The notes: generated by a model not told the origin, from the letters alone. DNA of 64,000 nt from Malacoraja senta (GCA_038087875.1 CM075991.1:8496001-8560000), one strand, 5' to 3'. Shown: positions 9,965-23,130, counted from the stretch's first letter. Numbers and translations: made by a program.

Positions 9965-10821
9965 TGGGCGGCGCGACTTTTCGTTGCAGCGGCCTCTGCA
10001 GTCCGTCTGTCTTTTTATTATTTTTGTCTCGTTTTTATGTAGTTTTTATTATTTTTTTTTGTCGGGGTATGTGTGTGGGGGGGGTGGGGGTGGGGGTGGG
10101 GGGGGGGAAACTTTAAAATCTTTCCGCTGCACGGGAGACCCGACCTTTTCTTTGTCGGGTCTCCGTTGTCGTTGGGGCTGGGCAACGTGGAGCGGCCTCC
10201 AGCAGGAACGACCTGGGGCTCCCGTGGAGCTGCGGACTACTCACCGTCGCGGGGCTGGCCGAGTCCGGAGCGGGTGGAGCTGTGGTGGAGACAATCGCTG
10301 CTGCGACCCGACCGCCGGAGATTCGGAGGCTACAACCGCGGGTCTGGCGGACGGCAACACCGGAAGCCCGCGGGTCCCCTGGTGGGAGACTGCTTTTCGG
10401 GGCTTCCGCAGCGGCGACTTCTCCCGCCCGAGTTGCGGGGTTGAGGAGCACCTGGAGCGGGGCTTTATACCCCCGCGCGGCTTGGAATGGCTGCCGGACT
10501 TTGCGGGCGCGCGCCGGGGCTCTAACACCAAGACCCGGTGCGCCACCTTGCATTAACCGGCGTGGCTTTAATGGCTGCGGGACAATCACCATCGCCCGCC
10601 GGGGCTTTGACTTTGACTCTGACATCGGGGGGGGGGAGTGCAGTGGAGAGATACGTTATTTTTGCCTTCCATCACAGCGCTGTGATGGATGTATGTGTAA
10701 ATTGTGTTGTGTCTCGGGTCTTCTTTGTTTTGTAATGTATGGCTGCAGAAACGACATTTCGTTTGGACCTCTAGGGGTCCAAATGACAAATTTGTCCAAA
10801 AGACAAATAAATTGAATTGAA
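9965..10821 (+). mobile_element. GC-rich non-autonomous retroposon nested in a CR1 tail
   Basis: Splits a CR1 3' UTR (9905-9961 and ~10824-10907); palindrome TCCATCACAGCGCTGTGATGGA at 10668-10689; tail ATGACAAA...ATAAA(TTGAA)n. Confidence 0.65.
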
Positions 10822-10996
10822 ATGAATGATCATATTGAATGGCGGTGCTGGCTCAAAGGGCCGAATGGCCTACTCCTGCAACTAATTTTTATGTTTCTAT
10901 GTTTCTAAGACCCCTCAGGATCTGATATGTTTCAATCAAGCCCCCTTTCACCTTTCCAAACTCAGTAGATACAAGGTTAAGAAGTTTAAGGTCGAT

Positions 10997-11170
10997 AAAA
11001 AGCTGGAGAAACTCAGCGGGTGAGGCAGCATCTATGGAGCGAAGGAATAGGTGACGTTTCGGGTCGACCCGAAACGTCACCCATTCCTTCGCTCCATAGA
11101 TGCTGCCTCACCCGCTGAGTTTCTCCAGCTTTTTGTCTACCTTCGATTTTTCCAGCATCTGCAGTTCTTT
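10997..11170. mobile_element. Penelope terminal repeats forming a near-perfect palindrome
   Basis: 69-bp arms (10997-11134), one mismatch, no loop, centred on GGGTC|GACCC. Confidence 0.8.
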
Positions 11171-11344
11171 CTTAAACTAAAAGAAGTCTAATCTTACTTC
11201 ATAAGACAGCTTTGACCATTCCAGGTATCAAAACAAGACACAATTGCTGGAGTAACTCAACGGGTTAGGCAGCATCTCGGGAGAACATGGATATGTGACA
11301 TTTTGGGTCGGGGCTCTTCTTCAGTGCCTTCTGGAGAACATGCA

Positions 11345-11690
11345 CCTGGAATAGATCGGGTAGATGCACAGAGTCTCTTGCCCAGAGTACGGGAATCGAG
11401 AACCAGAGGGCATAGATTTAAGGTGAAGGGGGAAAGATTTTATAGGAATCTGATGGGTAACCTTTTCACACAAAGGGTGGTGTGTGGATGGAACAAGCTG
11501 CCTGAGGAGGTAGTTGAGGCAGGGACTATCGCAACGTATGAGACGCAGTAAGGCAGGTACATGGACAGGACAGGCTTAGAGGGATTTGAGCCAAACGCAG
11601 GTGGGTGTGACTAGTGTAGATGGGGCATGTTGGTTGGCGTGGGCATGTTGGGCCGAAGGGCCTGTTTCCACACAGTATGACTATGACTCT
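11345..11690 (+). mobile_element. CR1 LINE 3' fragment whose tail is shared with the HE1-like SINE
   Basis: SRTRGHRFKVKGERF...FTQRVVCGWNKLPEEVVEA; tail TGGGCCGAAGGGCCTGTTTCC also ends the SINEs. Confidence 0.88.
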
Positions 11691-11762
11691 AAAACAAAAA
11701 GCTTTTCACATGTGATAATCAGAATTATGATAATGTCAAAGAGGACTCTCTCGAACTTCTGG

Positions 11763-12265
11763 CATGCTGACCGGTTGCATCGTGGCTTGGTTCGGCAACT
11801 TGAGCGTCCAGGAGCGGAAAAGATTGCAGAAAGTTTGTGACCACTGCCCAGTCCATCATCGGCTCTGACCTCCCCACCATTGAAGGGATCTATCGCAGTC
11901 GCTGCCTCAAAAAGGCTGCCAACAGCATCAAGGACCCACACCATCCTGGCCACACACTCATCTCCCCGCTACCTTCAGGTAGAAGGTACAGGAGCCTGAA
12001 ATCTGGTACATCCAGGTTCAGGAATAGCTACTTCCCCACAGCCATCAGGCTATTAAACTAGCTATCAAACAAACTCTGAACTATAACAGCCTATTGCATT
12101 TATCTGTTTATTTATGTGTGTGTATATATATATATTTATGGTATATGGACACACTGAACTATTTCTGTATTTATTGCTTACAATATTCTGTGGTGCTGCA
12201 GCAAGCAAGAATTTCATTGTCCTATCTGGGACACATGACAATAACCTCTCTTGACTTGACTTGAA
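11763..12265 (+). mobile_element. Rex1/Babar-like LINE 3' fragment
   Basis: TAQSIIGSDLPTIEGIYRSRCLKKAANSIKDPHHPGHTLISPLPSGRRYRSL...RFRNSYFPTAIRLLN*; (CTTGA)n tail. Confidence 0.9.
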
Positions 12266-13507
12266 TTAAACTAAACTAAATTAATCCAATCCTAACCAAT
12301 CCAAACCAAACTAAACTAAACTAAGTTAAACTAAACTATAGGAGCACATGATACAGCAGAAGGACTACAGCTGTTCTCCGTCTCCTTCTCAAGCACCTCA
12401 AGATATGGGCAATAAATTCTGCTCTTGCCATTGATGCTCTGCTTAAAAAAGCCAAGTATTAAAAAAACATGCAAATTATAACCTCTAATTCAAGGGACAC
12501 CGTTAAAGCAAGATTTAGTATCGTTAAGAGGAGAGGGAGAATTAGAAGTCAAAAGGAAAGTCATTCGCACATGGCTTTGAACCTCATCTCACCCTGCTGC
12601 CAACCAAGTGCAGATATAGTGTTGTTTTCATTGTAATACGTGGACCTGTGTCAATTTACACCCAAATCCAACAAACATCGCTGACTCTTGAGAATGGGCA
12701 AAACATACAGCTTGAATGACAATAAAGAGAGAAAATAAGCTTGGAATTGCCTGCCGTCTGTTAAAATGCACTGGTACATTTCAATTGTCAAGCTTCAAAT
12801 AAGGATGAGGAACCCTAGTCAATTTCACAAGGTTGAACAGGAGAGGAAAACAGACTCAGTTTGATGAATATTTAATGTACATCTGTCTGCGACTGATTGC
12901 AGTCTGGCTCTATGAATAAAATTTGCCTGTCAGGGGTCTTACCAGTCTCCGAGTCACAACATTAGTGTCTAGTTTAGTTTAGTTTGGAGATACAGTAACG
13001 GATAGATCTATCCTACACACTAGGGACAATTTTAATGTTTCATGTTTTATGTGTCATTTCTAACCGTCACTGCATGTCATGTTGTCACTTGCAGTCGGAG
13101 CATCAAGGCAAATTCCTTGTATGTGAATATTTGGCCAATAAACCTATTCATTCATTCATTCATTTAGACTTTAGAGATACAGCGTGAAAACAGGCCCTTC
13201 GGCCCAACGGGTCCGCGCCGACCAGCAATCCCTGCACATTAACACTATCCGACACATACAGGTTGCAAAAAGGAAATTTCGCAAGTTGTCCTCATACACA
13301 GTATACCAACAAGTCCTGCTCCCTTAGAACTGACCCGTGATTCTGACAGGGAACCAAGAAAGGATACAAATTAGACTGTGCTTTTACAGGCCTATGCAAT
13401 CCGTTTTGATGAAGTGTAAAAGGTGAATAAAGAACAGGAATCAAATCAAAACCATAGGTGAACCTACAAACCGCCATTTTGATTTGATTCCTAACTTTTA
13501 TTTATCT

Positions 13508-13728
13508 TACAGCACCAGAGACCCGGGTTCGATCCCGACTACGGGTGCTGTCTGTACGGAGTTTGTACATTCTTCCCATGACCGCGTGGGCTTTCTCCAG
13601 GTGCTCCGGTTTCCTCCCACATTCCAAAGACGTGCAGGTTTTGTAGGTTAATTGGCTTCAGTAAAATTGTCCCTCGTGTGGGCTGAAGGATCTGTTTCCG
13701 CGTTGCATCTCTAAACTAAAACTAAACT
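13508..13728 (+). mobile_element. HE1-like SINE
   Basis: B-box GGTTCGATCCC, core and (TAAAC)n tail. Confidence 0.85.
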
Positions 13729-15676
13729 TTTCTATTCATCAAAATGGACTCCATAGGACAGAAAAGGACACGATCTAATCCTTGTTTCTACGTCTAATTT
13801 GCTAGTGTGATTTTCCTCCTTTGTTCCAAAAACATGTTGGTTTGGAATGTAGGAGGAAACTGGAGCATCTGAATGAATGGCAATGCAGTCATGGGGAGGA
13901 CTTGGAAACTCCACACAGACATAACATACAAACTCCGTACTGACACCAGCAAAGGTCAGGATTGAACCTGGGTCACTATTAGCCGAGCCACTGTGCTGGC
14001 AATCCTGCCCTTGGTCCCTGCAAGCCAATTTTACTCCCATAAACTGAGACAGATTTGTGTTGCTACGGTCCCTGCGTACAATCAATTACTTTGAAATGTG
14101 GCGAAATGTGTTTTATAGGTGAAGGAATTGTTTCCACTTGTACAGCCAGCGTGCCTTCTGGCGGCGAATGAAGAAAAGGTTGCCCAGGACAATAAGCGAT
14201 TTGCTTTCTTCAATGCCCAAAGTAACCACAGAACGATTAATGCTTCAGGCAAAGCCAAGATCCCTTAGGCATACAAAGCTGTACCGTGGTGCCATCGTGA
14301 ACCACGGCCGCAGAATATGTACAGACAATATCGTCAACACACACTGCTGAAAGGTTCTTCAACTTGAAAAACACCGAGCGGAAAAATAATCGCTGCTAAT
14401 GCATTCTCTAAATCCCACGGGTCGTAGAATCATGCAGAATGGAAATAGGCCATTTGGCCCATCGAACCGGCACCGACCATCTATCATCCGCTTACACAAA
14501 ACCTACACTAACCTTGTTTCCTTCTAACCATATTCCCATTAACTCTGCCACAGAGGGCAGTGGAGGCCAATTCACTGGATGTTTTCAAGAGAGAGTTAGA
14601 TATAGCTCTTAGAGCTAACGGAATCAAGGGATTTAGGGAGAAAGCAGGAACGGGGTTCTGATTTTGGATGATCAGCCATGGTCATATTGAATGGTCATGG
14701 CTGGCTCGAGGGGCCGAATGGCCTACTCCTGCACCTATTTTCTATGTTTCTATGATTCTCAGCTGGGTGATGCTCATAATTTATAGGAGGTAGACAAAAA
14801 TGCTGGAGAAACTCAGCGGATGAGGCAGCATCTATGGAGCGAAGGAAATAGGTGACGTTTCGGGTCACATTGAATGGCAGTGCTCTCTCGAAGGGCCTAC
14901 TCCTGCACCTATTGTCTATTGACCTAACTATGCCCCTCATAGAACATAGAACAGTACAGCACAGGAACAGGCCCTTCGGCCCACAAAGTCTCTGCTGACC
15001 ATGATGCCAATTTAAACTGCACATCTGCCTTCACATAGCCTATATCTGTTAATTGGTCTGAAGAAGGGTCTCGACACAAAAGTTCACCTATACCTTTTCT
15101 CAGGAGATGCTGCCTGACCCGCTGAGTTACTCCAGTTCTTTGTGTCAACTATCTACCTCATTGGAGATCGTCGGAGTCGGACTATCTTTGATTGGACTTT
15201 ACTGGCTTTGTCTGTTGCACCAAACGTTATTTCCTTATCTTGCAGTTTGAGGAAGCGTCACTTATCCATGTTCTCCAGGGATGTTGCCTGACCTGCTAAG
15301 TTACTCCACCATTTTGTGTCCTTCCCTTTGCAAGTATTTGCGAAATAAAAGTGAACTGGATGACCATTGATTATTTCAATGACCAAGTGCTGAATGGCCT
15401 CGAACTGTGCTATATCCTCACATGAAGTTGTGGCAGTCCAGGTGATGAACCCGGCTGTGAAACACACACCATTATGTTTTGTGTGCACTGTCTTTTTTAA
15501 GAGATATTCCTACACACACTGGTGGACAATTTACAATTTTAACCAAGCCAATTAACCTACAAACCTTTGGAGTGTGGGAGGAAACCGGAGCACCCGGGGA
15601 AACCCACGCAGGCCACGGGAGAACGTACAAACTCCGTACAGACAGCACCCGCAATCAGGATCGAATTCCCAGGAAT

Positions 15677-16155
15677 CAGACTGATTCCTGGGATGGCAGG
15701 ACTTTCATATGAAGAAAGACTGGATAGACTCGGCTTGTACTCGCTGGAATTTAGAAGATTGAGGGGGGATCTTATAGAAACTTACAAAATTCTTAAGGGG
15801 TTGGACAGGCTAGATGCAAGAAGATTGTTCCCGATGTTGGGGAAGTCCAGAACAAGGGGTCACAGTTTAAGGATAAGGGGGAAATCTTTTAGGACTGAGA
15901 TGAGAAAAACATTTTTCACACAGAGAGTGGTGAATCTGTGGAATTCTCTGCCACAGAAGGTAGTTGAGGCCAGTTCATTGGCTATATTTAAGAGGGAGTT
16001 AGATGTGGCCCTTGTGGCTAAAGGGATCAGGGGGTATGGAGAGAGGGCAGGTACGGGATACTGAGTTGGATGATCAGCCATGATCATATTGAAAGGCGGT
16101 GCAGGCTCGAAGGGCCGAATGGCCTACTCCTGCACCTATTGTCTATGTTTCTATG
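15677..16155 (+). mobile_element. CR1/HER1-like LINE 3' fragment inserted in a minus-strand SINE (15505-16208)
   Basis: RLIPGMAGLSYEERLDRLGLYSLEFRRLRGDLIETYK...GTGY*; SINE halves join across the insertion at GATCGAA|CCGGG. Confidence 0.92.
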
Positions 16156-17044
16156 AACCGGGATGTTTGGCGCTGTGAGGCAGTGACTCTACCGCTGTGC
16201 TGCCGTGCACTGTTGCCAGCACCTACCACTGCTAATTGGCCAACAGAATCTGATAAGCGATCAGTTTGTAATGAATCTCCACAATGTAGATTGCTGGCAC
16301 CCGGGAGAACATAGCCTGACTTGTCGAGAACAATTCCAGAGGCAGCTCCATTACAATTGACTCGCGATGATCAGCGATCCCTCTGTGAAAGCTGACGCCA
16401 ACCTCTCCTACCCTGCACACATAACCAAGGGTACTTAGCAATACTCAGCCGTATTCATTTTCTAATCACTTGCCTTTAGCGGACCGAGAAAAACCATTGA
16501 AAGCGCAATCTTTTAATTTTATCATTTTCGTCTACTGTTGAATTATTAACAAACAATATATAAATTTCATCTCGTGCTTGAATACGTTCAGGATGCAGGA
16601 TTGCTATTAGGCTAAATTACCATTAAATCCATGATGCTTTCAACGCATGAATTTTTTATCGGGAATTCAAAAACTCGAAATAATTTGTCATGGGGGAAGG
16701 CGGTAAGTAAACTTCATAATCTATTGGCCAGAGGGTTATTAATATTTCACGGTGATCTGTATGTGACTGCAACCTCGGGGTACAGCTAACATATAATTCA
16801 CGGCAGCCGTGTTGAAAGCAAATTTGGCTTCAAACAATCTGAATCAATAGAATTGACTTAATAAAAGCAATCACGTCACCTGCTTACATTTAACTGGGCA
16901 GCACGCAGGCACTGCAAATACTTTACTGTGAAACCGGGCCTGCTCTGCACAGTGGCCGGCCGGGTGATCACCTCGTCCAAAGCATTTTTAGTTCCCCCTC
17001 CCCAATCTTTGCGCATCCCCCAAGCCTTTCCACTCGTCACTTTA

Positions 17045-17203
17045 AATTCATGTTTTATCATTAATGTCTTATTATTATTAATGTTTAGTGTTTTCTGAGT
17101 CATTCGTAACTGTCACTGTATGTCATGTTGTTACTTGTGGGCGGAGCACCAAGGCAAATTCCTTGTATGTGACCACTTGGCCAATAAACTTACGTACTTA
17201 CTT
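17045..17203 (+). mobile_element. LINE 3' UTR (Rex1/L2-type tail)
   Basis: Near-identical to the reverse complement of 34790-34960 and similar to 13035-13165; GGCCAATAAA(CTTA)n end. Confidence 0.65.
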
Positions 17204-17821
17204 ATGGTTCATGTAATTTGTGTTTTTAAGACTGTTGGCAGATCAATTTCCCTCCTGGGATAAATAAACCTCTATCGCATTGTATCGTAGTTTAGTTTAG
17301 ATACACAAGGCGGATACATCCGCACCGACCAGCGATCCCCGCACATTAACACTATCCTACACACAGTAGGGACCATTTTATATTTTATACCAAGCCAATT
17401 AACCCACACACCTGTACGTCTTTGGAGTGTGGGAGGGAACGGAAGATCTTGGAGAAATCTGGGCAGCATGGTGGCACAGTGGGTAGAGTCACTGCCTTAT
17501 AGCGTTTGCAGCGCCAGAGACCCGGGTTCGATCCCGACTACAGGTGTTTGTCTGTACAGAGTTTGTACCTTCTCCCCGTGACCGCGCGAGTTTTTGCGCC
17601 GAGGTCTTCGGGCAAGAGTCACTGTACAACTATTTTTGAAATCCTTTAATACAGAGCGGAAAAAAATCCAAATGGTTCCCCTAACCACAAATCTTGTTCA
17701 GAATGGAAGCATTTAGCAGCTGACTGTGGGTGGTTGGATACAGAATAAACTCCGCCAACTCTGCCCAATTTTACACACCCTCTCAAGGGAAGGAAAGCAT
17801 GGATTAGCAGAGGAAAGCAAT

Positions 17822-18128
17822 GGCGGCACGGTGGGGCAGCGGTAGAGTTGCTGCATTACAGCCCCGGAGACCCGGGTTCGATCCTGACTACGGTTGCTGT
17901 CTGGACGGAGTTTGTACGTTCTCCCCGTGACCTGCGTGGGATTTCTCCGGGTGCTCCTGTTTCCTCTCACACTCCAAAGACGTACAGGTTTATAGGTTGA
18001 TGGCTTTGCACAAATGTAAATTGTCCCGATTATGTGCAGGATAGTATTAGTGTGCGGGGATCGCTGGTCGGTGTGGACTCGGTGGGCCGAAGGGCCTGTT
18101 TCCGCGCTGTATCTCTAAACTAAACTAA
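17822..18128 (+). mobile_element. Full-length HE1-like SINE
   Basis: GGCGGCACGGTGGGGCAGCGGTAGA A-box, GGTTCGATCC B-box, core, CR1-like tail and (TAAAC)n. Confidence 0.92.
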
Positions 18129-19330
18129 GATATGAGGTAAAGACCCTCTGCGCTGCCACATCATACACTCCCAAGCTGACAACAGCACTGGTCGAGATAC
18201 AAAGTAAAGCTTTCTCGGGTGGACAGTGTGTAGGAAGGAACTGCAGGCTGGTTTACACTGAAGATAGACACAAAATGCTGGAATAACTCAGCGGGCCAGG
18301 CAGCATCTCTGGAGTGAAGGAATGAGCGATGCTTCGAGTCGAGATCCTTCTTCAGACAGTCAGGGGAGGGTGAGACACGGATATATGGAAGGGTAAGGTG
18401 TGAAAATGAGACATCAAAGAGGACGAAGCACTGGTTAGATGTAGAAAGACGTCTGTGTTATCCCATCAAACACTTTAAGGGCAGGAACAGCATGGATGAC
18501 TTGCAGAGTGAAGGTCCTTTCTAAACCATCTCCAAAACATATTTAATCTTCATTTCTGCAAAGCAGCCTCAGTTAGTGGCATTTCATTTTCTGCAGCTGC
18601 CTAGTGACGCCAATTTTCGTCCGACTCGATAATTAATCATAAAATACATCAAGAGGCTTGGAGGCTCAGTTCTAATGAGATCAATTATTGGAAGCTGAGA
18701 ATATTAAAACATATAGATTCATCATTCCTCGATTTCAGAACAGTCTGATCCAAGTCTGTTATCTTTTCAGGGCAGCTTGTTATACCAGACAATCATCTTT
18801 CTCGTATCCAAGCCGTATATAAATAATACATTTAAAATCAAAAAAATTAATTAAGAAGAAGTCCACGAGTCAGACATTTCATTAAGCCATGTTCCCACAT
18901 GCTGTTCTACGCTGATGTTATCAAGGGAAACACAGCTGGGTTCACACAATAGGAACAAACAATCTGCGTGCTTTGAACAAGCAAGTTTAGCATCAGCAAA
19001 TCACTGCGCCCTCATTTATCTCTCTCCACTTGGTTGCCTCATTGAATCTGAGTGGTGCTCTACCCTAATACTAATGTTGGCTCTGCCAGCCATATCCTGC
19101 CAATTTTTCCTGGCGACATACGCCATATCGACATGAGCCTTAGGGCTAAAGGAATCAAGGGACATGGGGAAAGAAGCAGGAACGGGGTACTGATTTTGGA
19201 TGATCAGCCATGATCATGTTGAATGGCGGTGCTGGGTCGAAGGGCCGAATGGCCTACTCCTGCACCTATTTTCTATGTTTCTATGATTGTATGCTGTGCG
19301 AAAGAAAGAGAATAGCTAAGGAATTACTAA

Positions 19331-19617
19331 AGCCCCTGTCCCACTTTCCCGAGTTACCACGGATTCTCCCATATTTTCCCCTTGATTCAAACTCGGAGAT
19401 GCCAGCCGTAGGTACTCGGGACTATTTTTTTTTACTCGTGGACATTTTTCAACATGCTGAAAAAACGTCCCGACTTACCTGATGCCCCGAGTACCTACGG
19501 CTGGCATTACGAGCCGCTACGAAATATCTACGGACTCCTACGGACATTCTCTGAGTTTGAATCAAGGGGAAAACTCGGGAGAATTCGTGAGTAACTCGGG
19601 AAAGTGGGACAGGGGCT
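19331..19617. mobile_element. Harbinger-like MITE
   Basis: TIR AGCCCCTGTCCCACTTTCCCGAGTTAC with a perfect reverse complement; flanks TAA/TTA. Confidence 0.85.
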
Positions 19618-20092
19618 TTACTTACGAAACACTGATGATGGCTATGATTTCAGGTTCCACTTCCTTTGTTACCCACTCACTCACTGATACAATTTGAGTT
19701 GGGTACAAGAGTTCTGGCCATCCACCCCAGCCATCGATGATAATGGTGTTCGTCCATTCTCATGTTGCTGCCATTCAGGCTGGTGGTGCTGGTGTTAACA
19801 TGAAAGGGTATCTTTTGTTTAAATAAATGGAATGGTTAAAGATGAGGCAGCCTGATGCTAGTGAACAGGCTGTGTAGGAAGGAACTGCAGATGCTGGTTT
19901 ACATCGAAGGTAGACACAAAATGCTGGGGTAACTCAGCGGGTCAGGCAGCAAGGGATAAATGACATTTCAGGTCAAGACCTTTCATCAAACCAGTGAACA
20001 GGCTGCTTATACCTGTGGAATCTCCTTGCTCAAACCCTTAATGAAATGTGGGTCCTTGCGTGCATGATTCCCCAATCTTTGCATGGCGTTCA

Positions 20093-20164
20093 GTGAGTGC
20101 GTGTGTGTGTGTGTGTGTGGATGTGTGGGTGTGAGCGTGTGTGTGAGTGAGTCTGTGTGTGTGG

Positions 20165-20199
<35 letters not shown>

Positions 20200-20272
20200 G
20201 TGTGTGTGGGTGTGTGTGGGTGGGTGTGTGTGGGTGTGAGCGTGTGTGTGAGTGTGTGTGTGTGTGTGTGGG

Positions 20273-20341
<69 letters not shown>

Positions 20342-20379
20342 GGTGTGTGTGGGTGTGAGCGTGTGTGTGTGTGTGTGTG

Positions 20380-20443
<64 letters not shown>

Positions 20444-20457
20444 GGCATGTGTGTGTG

Positions 20458-20504
<47 letters not shown>

Positions 20505-20645
20505 TGTGTGTGTGTGTGTGTGTGTGTGCATGTGTGTGTGTGTGTGTGTGTGTGTGGGCATGTGTGTGTGTGTGTGTGGGCATGTGTGTGTGTGTGTGTG
20601 TGTGTGTGTGGTTGTGTCTATGTGCATATGTGTGTTTGTATGTAT
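20093..20645. repeat. Imperfect (GT)n microsatellite
   Basis: Direct reading. Confidence 0.97.
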
Positions 20646-20914
20646 TGGGTCAGGTCGGGGACAGTTCCCCCCCCCCCCCCCGCCACGGGTACCGTGTAAT
20701 CCCGTGCTACCTGCTCCATGGTCGGATAGTCGGCGACTAAACCGTCTCCCCCACCTGGTTTGCCAGGTGAGGAGGGGGCTGTGGACCCCCAGCAGGACCA
20801 AAAACAAGACCCGTCAAAGGGCGGATGAGCTTCTAGTGAGCCAACGGCCATCCACACTTCAGTAGAAGTTGCGATCACTGTCGTACATAGCATGGTAAGG
20901 AATGATGATTCCAC

Positions 20915-21245
20915 CATTCCACCATTCAATCATGGCTGATCTATCTCTCCATCCTAACCCCATTCCCCTGCCTTCTCCCCATAACCTCTGGCACCCGTAC
21001 TAATCAAGAATCGATCTATCTCTGCCTTAAAATTATCCACTGACTTGGCCTCACTAGCCTTCTGTGGCAATGAATTCCACAGATTCACCACCCTCTGACT
21101 TAAGACATTTCTCCTCATCTCCTTCCTAAAAGAACATCCTTTAATTCTGAAGCTGTGTTCTCTAGTCCTAGACTCTCCCACTAGTGGAAACATCCTCTCC
21201 ACATCCACTCTATCCAGGCCTTTCGCTATTCTGTACGTTTCAATG
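20915..21245 (-). mobile_element. CR1 LINE 3' fragment
   Basis: IETYRIAKGLDRVDVERMFPLVGESRTREHSF...QRVVNLWNSLP. Confidence 0.9.
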
Positions 21246-22619
21246 TGGACGTATGCAATGAGCTGTACGGAACGAGCTGCCAGAGAGGAGGCAGCTGAGG
21301 CTGGTATTATAACACCATTTAAAAAGCATGTGGACAGGTACATGGATAGGAAAGGTTTGGAGGGATATGGGCCAAATGCAGGCAGGTGAAATCTTCCATT
21401 TGAAAAGGAGGGTAACATGTCGATTCGGAGAAACAAATGATCGGCGGACTTTAACATCAGTCCCCGCTCAAAGATGCCTTTTACTGAGAAAACACAGTTA
21501 TTAAAATGCCACAAGCATTTTTTATATCAGCATGGGAATGAACTGGTGATTCATATGAAGCATTTTCTTGGAGATCAAGATTAACTCTTCATGGTTGTCC
21601 AATGCCAGATCTTTTTCATCGTGGAGAAGAATTTAACGATGTTCTCATCTCCTAAGCTATTGGACTTTATCTTGCACTAAACGCTATTCCCTTATCATGT
21701 ATCTGTACACTGCGAATGGCTCGATTGTAATCATGTATTGTCATTACCCTGGCTGGTTAGCACGCAACAAAACCTCGGTACACGTGACAATAAACTAAAC
21801 TGAACTAAACTTATATCTGCAGGGAATTAACAATGCCATATCATACACTAGATTCTGGAAGGCAGAGTTCGCATCAATGATCAGAACTAGATCCACCTTT
21901 GCTTATAAAGGGCGAGTGGATAGGTTGTTTACATTGAACAAGCGAAAAGCTATTTGCATTTAATAGCAGCAAAGAAAAGTGCTGTTTTTGGTCATAAATT
22001 AAATTCAACAAAAAGCAAGTCTTCTCGGAAGCAATCAAAATCTTCATCACGTTGTCTTGCTGCATCTATGTACAGTAAATAATATCCAAGTGAAGCATTG
22101 TGAAGTTAATAAGGAGATCTGCGTATTTGCACATGTGTGTGTGTGTGTCACAGAAGCACGCTGAAGACTTCACCTCCTGGTGGATCAATTCTTGGCACAA
22201 GAGATATTACTGGTTAAAAATGAAAGGAAACATTAAGATTCAAACAAAAATAAAATGCTGCATATGGTACAAAAAGTTAGAAGATTAGAAGTTTTTCTTC
22301 AGAAAGTGCCGTCCTTTGAGGAGCTCCTATTGCACGAACCTTTCCCTCATTTTACCCAGTTCAGTTTCAGTTTCAGTTCAGTTTATCGTCCCGTGTACCG
22401 AGGTGCGGTGAAAAGCCTTTGTTGCGTGCTATCCTGTCAGCGGAAAGACAATACATGATTACAACCGAGCCGTTCGCAGTGTACAGATACATGATATGGG
22501 GATAACCTCCCACATTTACATCTTGAGATCATAAGATATAGGAGCAGAAATCGGCCATTCAGCCCATGGCTGTTCTATATTTCACTCTCAACTCCATCCT
22601 CCCACCTTCTCCCCATATT

Positions 22620-23130
22620 CATTTCATATTCCACCTGGATAGCTTACATCTTAGTGGCAGAAAGATTGAATTCTCCAATTTTCGCTAACCAATCTACAAA
22701 TAGACTGCTCCCCTCTCCTCCCATTTACCCCCCCCCCTCTTCCCCAAGCCTTACCTGGATTATCACCCATTTCGCCCCTTTCCTCTCTACCCTGAATCCT
22801 TCCACTGATATCCTTTCCTCTGCCTTCACAATTTGCACCTCTTGTATCCTTATCTCTCACTCTTGTCCTTTCGTCTTTAGCCTTCGTCCAACCGCCCACC
22901 TATGAAACTGCTCTCACCTGTATCCACCTATCACTCCAGGCTTAGTCTGGCCCCCACCGTTCTCTCCCTCACTACAACCCTCACCACAATCAGCCTGAAG
23001 GGTCCCAACCCCAAAAAATATCACCTATCCATGTTCCCTAGAGATGCTGCCTGACCTGCTGAGTTACTCCAGCACTTTGGTTGTTTTTTGTTGTTGTGGT
23101 TGCGTTAACCAGCATCTGCAGTTCCTTGTG
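22620..23130 (+). mobile_element. Penelope-like element 3' fragment
   Basis: HFIFHLDSLHLSGRKIEFSNFR* (degenerate GIY-YIG C-terminus), CT-rich UTR, terminal repeat. Confidence 0.75.

Noticed and set aside
14119..14350. Coding exon VKELFPLVQPACLLAANEEK...
   Set aside because: Ends in a stop without a donor, no recognisable homology, weak acceptor.
17822..17895. tRNA gene
   Set aside because: tRNA-like head continues into SINE core and LINE-like tail; dozens of degenerate copies.
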